Below, piece by piece: positions 19,201 through 25,538 of a stretch of 37,048 nt of DNA (the first letter of the stretch is position 1; every line of letters starts with the position of its first letter). The notes beneath the pieces were generated by a model that saw only the letters and a program-made list of their open reading frames with translations, was not told the DNA's origin and did no database searches. Source of the stretch: Chthoniobacteraceae bacterium (GTDB lineage Bacteria; Verrucomicrobiota; Verrucomicrobiia; Chthoniobacterales; Chthoniobacteraceae); assembly GCA_040081625.1 (NCBI GenBank), contig JBEBGD010000051.1, forward strand, positions 1 to 37,048, in the 5' to 3' direction. Made by a program: the position numbers and the translations under genes.

Positions 19201-21864
19201 GGCATTTGGCGACGAAGGAGTGCCATCTGCATCGCCCTGCTGCACGAGCGCGCCACTGGCGAAGTCGATGCCAAAGAGCGACGTCAACGGTGTGCCGAAA
19301 ACGATTCCCGTGCGGTCGTATCCCACGCCGACCACGGCAGGATTTGCGCCGAAGTTCTGGTCGCCGTTCGCAAACACGAGCGCGGAGTCCTGCTGGATTC
19401 CGTTGCCTGCGTTGCCGTCTCCATCGACTTGCGCACCGGTGTTGGGATTCACGCGCAGATTCTGGTCCGCATCGTTGACGACGCGGATGCGATCGACCAC
19501 CGGGTTGAAATTGAACCCGTAGCGCGCGCCATCGGCGAGCTGCGAACTGAAAGGCGCCGAGCCGACCTGCGTGGCGGTGCCGGAAGATGGGTCGAGAATG
19601 TAGATGCGGCCCTCGCTGTTGGCCGGGCCAGCAGGGTCCGTGATGCCAAGCCCAAATAGCTGATTGGTCGCCGGGCGGAAGTCGATCGCGACGATCTGCT
19701 CGCTCGCACCAACGAGGCCGGTGATTGCCTGCGAGGCGAGGATCAAGCCGGGAATCGCACTGTTGAACCGAACGAGTTGGTTCGCCCCGTCCACGGCGAA
19801 GATATCTGGCGGTGTGCCTACGGTCGTCAGGCGTGTTAGGCTGTTGTTTGCAAGGTTCGGATCGCTCGTCAGCAGGGTGACCGTTGGCTTGTCGATGATC
19901 AGCGTGTCATCGACGAGCCCGGTCGCGACCGTGACCGGCAGCATGAATGTCACCGTGTTCTGGCCGGGCTGCGCGCTCAACGCGGCGCCTGTGGCGGTGA
20001 ACAACGTCGGCGTCGTCGTCACATTGAAGACGGGATCGCCTGGGTTTTGGACCTGCGAGCCGCCTAACACGCCTGGGGTGGTATTCGCGGGAATGGGGTT
20101 CGACAGGCTGATCGACTGGGCATCGCTCGGACCGTTATTGGTGATCGTGATGAAGTATTTGAGCACTTGCCCGGCGGGCAAGGATACCTCCGGTTCGGTT
20201 CGCACGCTCAAGCTCAGGTCGGCCCGCGTATTGACCTGTGTCGCCGCCGTCGCGTTGTTGTTGCCGGGAGTCGGGTCGGGCGTGACCGATGATACCGTGG
20301 CCGTGTTGCTCAGAGTCGTATTCTGCGGGGTGTCCGAATTGACCTTCACCATGAGCGTAAAGGTTGCAGTCGCTCCCGAAGTCAGCGTCGCGAGCGTCGC
20401 ACCGACTGTGCCGGTGCCGCCGACCGGGGGAGTGGTAGGAGTGAAGCCCGGGCCGGAGTTTTGCGCGAACGAGAAAAATGTCGAGTTCAGTGGCACTACG
20501 TCGCTGAGCGAGACGTTCTGCGCGTCGCTTGGGCCGCTGTTGAAGATCGTGATCGTGTAGCTCTCCACAGTGCCGGCGGTGACCGGATCGACACTATCGC
20601 TCTTGGTGATGCTCAGATCAGCCTGCGCATTCACGGTGGTCGTGCTCGTGGCGGAATCGTTGGCGGCATTTGTGTCGAGAGTCGCCGACGAAATGCTCGC
20701 AGTGTTGCCGAGTGGAGCGCTGACGCCAGAGCCGACTTTCACCACGAGAGTGAACGTCTCCGTCGCGCCGCCACCGGCCCCGCCGTCGAGCGTTGCCTTG
20801 ATCGCGCTCACTGTGCCATTCGTTCCGACGGCAGGCGTCGAGGGTGTCCACCCTGCCGGCGCAGTCAGCGAGACGAAGGTCGTGCCGACGGGCAGCACGT
20901 CGGTCAGCACCACACCCTGCGCGGCGCTCTGTTCGTCGTTTTTCACCTGAATCGTGTAGGTGATGTTGTTGCCGGCGAGCACAGGATCGGGCGAGTCGCT
21001 CTTCGTTACGGAGAGGTCCGTTTCCGGCACTACAGCGAAGCTGCGGACGAGCCTCCCGCCGCCGTCGATGGCAGCGGTGAGCGCGGCAGCACCCGTGGTG
21101 AGATCGATCGTATAAAGCCCGGAGCTGATGCCGTCGGTCGAGAGCGCAGCATAGGCGGTGTTCGTGCCGGCGGGTCCTGGCGCGATGTCGAAACCGGCGA
21201 CCGTAGTCACGTTGACGCCGAGCGCGCCGACAGTGTTTAGCACTCCGTTGTTCGGCGGGTTTTGGGTTACGAGAATGTCGAGATTTGAGTCGATCCCGAA
21301 CAGGGTCGTCGTAGCAGCGCCTTTGAAGCTGTTCGTGTAAGCTGAGGCGACGACATTTGGGTTCACGCCGACGTTTGGATCAGCCGGAGTCGTGGAGTAG
21401 ATGAGCGGAGTGTCCGTTGACGTCAGCGAACCGTTCGGATTCAGCCGGAGGTTTTGATCCGCGTCGCTCGTGACCCTGATGAGGTTTGAGGGCGCATTGA
21501 CGGTGGGATTGAAGTCGAAGCCGAATTCCGTCCCGCTGAGCGTGAAAGCTCCGGCCCCTCCGATCGCAGTCGCTGCGCCGGTCGTGACATTGATCGTGTA
21601 AAGACGGCTCGAGTTGCCCAGCGCGAAGAGTGTCCCGGTCGAAGGTTGAAAGTCGATCCCTTCGATGATTTCGGCGGGCTCCAGGCCGGTGACTGGAAGC
21701 GCGGCGCCCGTCAAGGCGCCTGTGCCGTCAAACTGGATGAGCAAGTTGGTGTCGGTCACTCCGACAAACCGTGCGGGCGCGATTCGCGATTCGAGTAGCT
21801 CGACGTGGGGTGCTGCTGGCAGGGTCCGAGACGTATGACGACGACGCTGGGTGTTGGCTTTCAT
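13249..21864 (-). CDS. Giant extracellular multidomain protein: LEPR-XLL-type N-terminal motif, 3x DUF4394-like, 3x DUF11-like, CHRD, RTX-like Ca-binding repeats, C-terminal FG-GAP/VCBS repeats
   Basis: The ORF is open to 21906; ATG 21864 is preferred (MKANTQRRR...VELLESRIAPA). Three IDFxP...GFDFNP..D.IRV repeats; three DLS(V/I)TK..PDPV.AG...Y.I...N.GPS.AQ units; CHRD-like QEVP...HLH...YINIHT...GGQVRGQ; GGxGxD nonapeptides; GDFNGDG.xD repeats. Confidence 0.9.
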   Translation of the reverse strand: MKANTQRRRHTSRTLPAAPHVELLESRIAPARFVGVTDTNLLIQFDGTGALTGAALPVTGLEPAEIIEGIDFQPSTGTLFALGNSSRLYTINVTTGAATAIGGAGAFTLSGTEFGFDFNPTVNAPSNLIRVTSDADQNLRLNPNGSLTSTDTPLIYSTTPADPNVGVNPNVVASAYTNSFKGAATTTLFGIDSNLDILVTQNPPNNGVLNTVGALGVNVTTVAGFDIAPGPAGTNTAYAALSTDGISSGLYTIDLTTGAAALTAAIDGGGRLVRSFAVVPETDLSVTKSDSPDPVLAGNNITYTIQVKNDEQSAAQGVVLTDVLPVGTTFVSLTAPAGWTPSTPAVGTNGTVSAIKATLDGGAGGGATETFTLVVKVGSGVSAPLGNTASISSATLDTNAANDSATSTTTVNAQADLSITKSDSVDPVTAGTVESYTITIFNSGPSDAQNVSLSDVVPLNSTFFSFAQNSGPGFTPTTPPVGGTGTVGATLATLTSGATATFTLMVKVNSDTPQNTTLSNTATVSSVTPDPTPGNNNATAATQVNTRADLSLSVRTEPEVSLPAGQVLKYFITITNNGPSDAQSISLSNPIPANTTPGVLGGSQVQNPGDPVFNVTTTPTLFTATGAALSAQPGQNTVTFMLPVTVATGLVDDTLIIDKPTVTLLTSDPNLANNSLTRLTTVGTPPDIFAVDGANQLVRFNSAIPGLILASQAITGLVGASEQIVAIDFRPATNQLFGLGITDPAGPANSEGRIYILDPSSGTATQVGSAPFSSQLADGARYGFNFNPVVDRIRVVNDADQNLRVNPNTGAQVDGDGNAGNGIQQDSALVFANGDQNFGANPAVVGVGYDRTGIVFGTPLTSLFGIDFASGALVQQGDADGTPSSPNAGQLNTVGPLGVILSIADGGFDIAANSDAAFATLTVGGVTGLYRITLDTGSATFISNVGAGTTSYRSLAVETHSLVIVGTAGNDALVLNASSTNAGSYTMAGINGGAPVAFTRTASLTFNGGAGDDVATINNPAGSLFAPGGQIYINGQTQTVGDSLVLAGGGGLGFAEAYRAGATADAGTIVTSNAALTQQINFTGLEPITDTVTVGSFDIYLTAGPDVVTVSNGPVVGALATNTIGDGPGGTYEDVTFANKGTVRVNALDGTDVFNLNHTAAASGLVTLELHGNDAGSMNPDDAATDTFYINVISAAATSAFGEGGDDQFIFANGARTAGQLNGGGGTDTVSYAAYATPVAVNLGANAPGGVFTSALSTDQEVPARPGTTGGDATLTYDPVTKNFGITVAVSGINPASVTGFHLHTGAFGANGPIIVDFGTAGLIASGDGFTFTAPAPLALPATSEAALFGGLTYINIHTPTAPGGQVRGQVFASGAFVDSAASGTGTTGFANIENIVGGLAGDSLIGNNVANVVRGGPGNDTIVGARGADTLAGEDEDDRIAWSNGDGTDVIDGAAGNDFVQVNGALGADDEFRIAANGTRVAFQRLNLVPFGLDIGGTESLIVNGATGDDIFEVLGLTGLSDLSSLSLNGLQGNDRFILGLPAGGTIPGAITLNINGGQPASDNANRDVVALNFDQPGDGPRSLVLTYLGGVTGGVDVGGLGGMVHVTASENVDFNGEGDDDSATIVGTVGEDVFTIRPTTANRALVFIGGNAPVGNQAPTLPGITGGSTGPDLGFASLSRLLIDGSTPSGGVPGDTFCYSGDGVVNLGGGGGTILNDHGFLTTDFTEIETLRGVDSPYQIAGDRAFPGQDDRIRLIRDSLDSSLVNLFINNTSEIPNDVFRLGLVTQIIVNSAAGNDVLTVDSSNGLLNTPNGIRFNGGTGTNTLRLEQSAGVDQAADTYLSGTLLGTGTSTITGPSGTQRVQFESVFFAVDSVPVATLTVFADQKSNTIDYRNAAAATNGLLVIDQQQNLEFTNKTALLVDALSGNDVVTLNNLFTPARLTSITFLGGDGNDTINAIAKGTTRLILNGGRGNDTLVGDGTLIGGPGDDTLSGGTGKNILSGDGGAAGGSEGAIGLLQGNQLVRFNPATPGDLGVAAAITGIQSGETIVGIDFRPGTDALYGLGLKDGVGRLYVIEVGEPNIGAATFVAQLTSSLIGTEFGLDFDPVSDRLRVTSDDNQNFSVNPFTGEVSIDAVLAYANDDVNFLVNPAIAASAFTNSLAGAETTILYGIDTGIVSGDDVLVVQTGGMLRTVGRLGVNADSTLGFDIDANGDVAFATLVVDDVAGLYSIDLTTGAATLIGNFENNTTLRGFALAPASGNDTLDGGGDDDQLFAGGGDDALIGGGGADRFDGGRGVDRAVEFRDANFTLTDNSLLIGNDLSDELNSIEAVELIGGVSANVFKIGPFSGRLTVTGGAGSDTLDLSNALGLFITMRGVSIDLDAVGSVQQFTSGSGTLILGDVIENFVGTAANDVIFADLQNFPRRIEGGSPSPNEPGVPPGDQLTIDGRGTFVQVTKDSPNSGKLAAPGYEDITFSGIESLTAANSTSSGGFSGANPNAFGAAVTYRVGRSPNQVITGKLNGPADQFDDIVVVNQASNIVTVLIAKGDGNFGAPRTFPTGARGPVSAAIGDVDGDGLNDIVVSNQASSKVTVLLNNGGFSNETTPVPFTVASRPGIVRLGDFNGDGRLDIGTLSKASSKITVLLNTGNSVAGLASFDRTDTKKTGGRNASDFVVANFDGDPGDHLDFAVAHRGSSNLTVLTGDGSGVFTLSQTKYKLGKNPTVLAMADFNNDGVLDVAVNYQVTRFVSVLLGRGNAGNGLFEPQLTTAFAVAFRAATTMVTGDFDADGNADLAFGSDSGAALRIALGSGTGLFEPVVRFGLGNTINVSNTISRLSSAIATGDFNGDGAPDIVVSNKATSDVSIVLRNPTV

Positions 21865-21938
21865 TGGTGTGGGTGTGTGATTCTGGGTGTGAAGGGAGTA
21901 GCGCATGCCGGCGCACTCCGGGGTGGGGAGGCGGTGAG

Positions 21939-24455
21939 TTATGGGAGAGGCTCGATTCGCACCGTGCCGCGTATCGTCGTTTCGCCGACTATGAATTTCA
22001 GCGCGCCAGTCCCGTAGCTTGAGTCGGACACATTACCCGGTGCTGGAGTGTGAAATACTCCGGTCAAATCGGCCTCCCGGCCGAAGTCGTTCGGAAATGG
22101 GGAAGCTTTCCCTGCGAAAAGGCCGTTCTTGAAGGTGGCTTTCTGCCGTCGAGCGGGATCGAACTCCGCCACGCCCGGTCGCAGTCTAACCGCGAATGGA
22201 TTTGGATTTGGAACGAGCAGCTTTCCACCTGCCCCCAGTTTCACTGTCACCACGATCTCCCCACTGCCTCCCTCCCCGATCCCGGGTGCGGTCAGCCGCA
22301 CCCGGGCATTGCCGGACTCGAAACCGACCGGGAAGCCCGTCGCCCGATCCACGCGATACGGTTCCATCATCGTCGTGCTGGCGAGGTTCGACGGGTCGCC
22401 GACGTCTGGCTGCCTCACCCAGTCCAAGTCACCGTGAATCGACGTCGTGCCGCTCCTGGCGCCAAGTGCAGATGGTTTGTTCAGGCGCACGAACCCGAAC
22501 AGTTGCTCATTCTGCTGGAACTGGTTGAACAGCGCAAATCGCAGTGCAGCCAGTCGCTTCGCAAGCGGGCTCGCGAATGCATTAAAGTCCATACGGCCGA
22601 AACTCCGTCCGCGGTTGCGCGACAGGATCTGCATGCTGATAAATCCGAATCGCGACGACAACGCAGCAGCGGGATCATCGCGAAGTGCTGCCGCAGCGGA
22701 TGTGGCGCTGACATCGACCGCGCCTGTGTAATACCCGTTGTCTTCGTTGGTCCTCAGTGTCTCCGCACGAACGAGCGTGAACGTTCCGACGTCGCCCGAA
22801 GCCTGCACTGCGCGCTCAGCGAGCCCGCCACTTGAAGACGAGACCTCAACGAGGGTGCCCGTTATCTCCTCAATCGCCATTAAGTCTGCTTCGAGGTCGT
22901 CGGGTTCGTCTTCTGGATTCTCGGTCGCCGGCTCCACCTCCAGGCTCGCGCCGTAGCTCAACTCCAGGTCGACCACGATCTCGGTATCAACGCCACGCTC
23001 GCTTAGGCTACTGGTGGGCTTCAGCTTACCCTTGCTCCGAACACCCTTCGCGATCACTTTTCCCCCATCGAGATGGAACTGCGTTTTCAGTGCGAATACG
23101 AGGCCCTGCCATCCGAATTGCCCGGTCACCGGCCTCGTATCGCTGCCATTCCCATTGCTAAGTTGAAATCGCGCATTCGAGTGGTCCCGGGTTGCCGGAG
23201 AATTACCGCGGTTCAGAAAGCCTTGGCTGGCACCTTGGACTCGAGCGAGTCGGAACATCTTGATCTTCGCTTTTGCGGTGTTTCCGGCGGTGTCGGTGAC
23301 CTCGTAAGTGATCGTCTCAGATTGGCTGCGAAGATCCGGCGTGAGTTGAATCGTGTCGGTCCCCACTATTCGCGCCTTCGCTTTCGACGCCGGAAATTGT
23401 TGAGGCGTCGGTCTGAAAATAACCCTCGTGATCGTGAAAGCGTCGTCGTCGAAGTCGTTGACCATCGGCCGCATCGTCAGCGGCTTGAAGGGATTAAAAA
23501 AACACTTATCGTTCTTCATTCGCGGCTTGCTGTTCACCGTGAATGGCTTGGTCTCGCCCAGCACCGCGGTGCCGGCTTGCGTCACGACCAGTCGGTAAAA
23601 ATAATTCTTGCCAGTCAACCCGGTCACAACCTCGGAAAACCGACCGCTCCCATTCCCGGGCACCGTCTTCTGTGTCGTCTCCAAGCCGAGGCTCTCGGTC
23701 AGCCCGTATTGAAAATACACCGTGGAGTCAGTGCCGCCGGTTCCGACCGTCCCGTTCAGCTTCGCTGAGTTTTGCTTTATTTCCGTCGCCGTCTCCGTCA
23801 CCGCGCGCAGTGGCGGGATCGCCGTCATCGTCACTTCGTCGATCCAAGCGATGGATTCCGCCGCCGTCCCGCTCAGGAGCGAAACCTCAGTGACGGTGGC
23901 CGGATCCAAGCCGGTGACGGGCGGCGACACATTTAGAACCGACGACCCGCCGATCGGCGTCACGAATATGGAGACGCTTTCCCTCTTAAACTCGGTGACC
24001 ACGTCGTAGGTGCCGGGTTGGATTGATGCTAACGGCACTTCTTGCGTCGTGGAGACATCAAGCCCCACGCGCACGAAAGTCCCTGCATCATTGCGGCCGA
24101 GCATCATGACAAATGTTCGTCCGCCCGCGACGCGGATGGAGACTCCCGCGCTCATCTTCTGCAGGCCCTCCGAAATCGTCTGGCGGTAGCTGAATCGAAG
24201 CTTCTCGGTATCTGCCGGCACCGCCTTCGCCCGCGCGAGCCGCGCAAATGTATCCGATGGCCGCGCTTCAAAACGCATGTTCGCGACGCCCGCGTCCGTT
24301 CCGCTGTGCGTGCTATCCGTGAAGATTATCCATCCAAATGGGATTTGGTTGTCGTTGAAATTGAGTGTCTCATTGAATGCGTCTTGGCTGTAGGTGGACA
24401 TCGCGAATGCAATAGACACCGCTACAGTGAGGAGAATGACGTTTACCTGTTTCAT
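21939..24455 (-). CDS. Secreted multidomain hypothetical protein (838 aa) with FN3-like and Ig/cadherin-like segments
   Basis: Signal peptide MKQVNVILLTVAVSIAFAMSTYS; ATEIKQNSAKLNGTV...VYFQYG (FN3-like); PMVNDFDDD...YEVTDTAGNTAKA (Ig/cadherin-like); beta-rich C-terminus. Confidence 0.8.
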   Translation of the reverse strand: MKQVNVILLTVAVSIAFAMSTYSQDAFNETLNFNDNQIPFGWIIFTDSTHSGTDAGVANMRFEARPSDTFARLARAKAVPADTEKLRFSYRQTISEGLQKMSAGVSIRVAGGRTFVMMLGRNDAGTFVRVGLDVSTTQEVPLASIQPGTYDVVTEFKRESVSIFVTPIGGSSVLNVSPPVTGLDPATVTEVSLLSGTAAESIAWIDEVTMTAIPPLRAVTETATEIKQNSAKLNGTVGTGGTDSTVYFQYGLTESLGLETTQKTVPGNGSGRFSEVVTGLTGKNYFYRLVVTQAGTAVLGETKPFTVNSKPRMKNDKCFFNPFKPLTMRPMVNDFDDDAFTITRVIFRPTPQQFPASKAKARIVGTDTIQLTPDLRSQSETITYEVTDTAGNTAKAKIKMFRLARVQGASQGFLNRGNSPATRDHSNARFQLSNGNGSDTRPVTGQFGWQGLVFALKTQFHLDGGKVIAKGVRSKGKLKPTSSLSERGVDTEIVVDLELSYGASLEVEPATENPEDEPDDLEADLMAIEEITGTLVEVSSSSGGLAERAVQASGDVGTFTLVRAETLRTNEDNGYYTGAVDVSATSAAAALRDDPAAALSSRFGFISMQILSRNRGRSFGRMDFNAFASPLAKRLAALRFALFNQFQQNEQLFGFVRLNKPSALGARSGTTSIHGDLDWVRQPDVGDPSNLASTTMMEPYRVDRATGFPVGFESGNARVRLTAPGIGEGGSGEIVVTVKLGAGGKLLVPNPNPFAVRLRPGVAEFDPARRQKATFKNGLFAGKASPFPNDFGREADLTGVFHTPAPGNVSDSSYGTGALKFIVGETTIRGTVRIEPLP

Positions 24456-24776
24456 GGGGATGGGTGGTCAGTTGAGTCTCGTCAATGGATGCCTCGGCCC
24501 TTATCGGGTCTGCACCGCCTTTCCGATCGATTGCCGCGGAGCCATGATCGAACACGAGGCATTCAAGCTTCCGGGCCTGCACACGATTAAAAAATCGGAC
24601 GCCATTGTCTGTTCAATGCCTCTCATACTTTGCGTTAGATCAGTGGTGCCGTTCGGAATCGATAGAAATCACACCTACACGGTCTGGTAGTCGGATTGTG
24701 TCGACCTACGAGGCCGCTCCGCGGCTTTCCGCTCCCGCCTTGCAAGGCTCTATGCATGACGGTATGCGCGCAGTCA

Positions 24777-25538
24777 GTGCTCAACAGCCTTTTGGTCGTC
24801 TCGCTCCATGATGTCTCGCCGCTCACGCGCGAGAGGTGTGAGGATATCGTCGCGGAGATGGCTTTACTTGGGGTCCCTCGGCTTTCTCTGCTGGTGATCC
24901 CGAATCATCACGAGCGTGGGCATGTGCGGGAAGACTCGGCGCTTTGCGAGTGGTTGCGGGCGAGGGAAGGGGAGGGTTACGAGGTTGTCACGCACGGCTA
25001 CTTTCACAGACGGGCGCGGCGGGGAGATGAGTCGCTCGTGCAACGGTTGATGACTCGCGCTTACACGGCGGATGAAGGGGAGTTCTACGACCTTGATCGG
25101 CGGCGCGCGGCGGAGTTGGTCACGCGTGGCAATGCGGACCTGCGGGAGTTGGGGCTCGATCCGCGCGGGTTCATCGCGCCGGCGTGGTTGCTCAGTGCGG
25201 AGGCGGAGGATGCGCTGCGTGAGCTGGGTTGCGAATATACGACGCGGCTGCGAGGAGTCGCCGACCTGCGCTCGGGCGTGTGGCACGAGTCGCAGTCGCT
25301 GTGTTGGAGTGTGCGCGCGGCGTGGCGGCGGGCGTGCAGTCTTGCTTGGAATGCGTGGCTTTATCGGAGGCTGGACGATTCGCCGCTACTGCGCGTCGCG
25401 GTGCATCCGGTGGATATCGAGCATCCGCGGATCTGGCGGCAGATTCGTGCGCTCATCGTGGAGGCGCTTCGCACGCGTGAGCCGATGACTTATCTCGACT
25501 GGATCATGCGGCAGCGTGAAGACTCACGTGCCTCTTGA
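24777..25538 (+). CDS. Polysaccharide deacetylase family protein (DUF2334-like, NodB/CE4 fold)
   Basis: SLHDVSP, THGYFH, EGEF, GFIAPAWL and RVAVHPVD motifs. GTG 24777 is the preferred start (behind TTGCAA-17-TATGCG); the ORF is open from 24696. Confidence 0.85.
   Translation: MLNSLLVVSLHDVSPLTRERCEDIVAEMALLGVPRLSLLVIPNHHERGHVREDSALCEWLRAREGEGYEVVTHGYFHRRARRGDESLVQRLMTRAYTADEGEFYDLDRRRAAELVTRGNADLRELGLDPRGFIAPAWLLSAEAEDALRELGCEYTTRLRGVADLRSGVWHESQSLCWSVRAAWRRACSLAWNAWLYRRLDDSPLLRVAVHPVDIEHPRIWRQIRALIVEALRTREPMTYLDWIMRQREDSRAS

Noticed and set aside
24584..24597. Short palindrome CGATT-AAA-AATCG upstream of the 838-aa gene
   Set aside because: A 5-bp arm is too short to distinguish from chance without comparative data.
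13249..24700. Integrative mobile element or prophage
   Set aside because: No integrase, transposase, tRNA target or terminal direct repeats were found; kept only as a compositionally atypical block.
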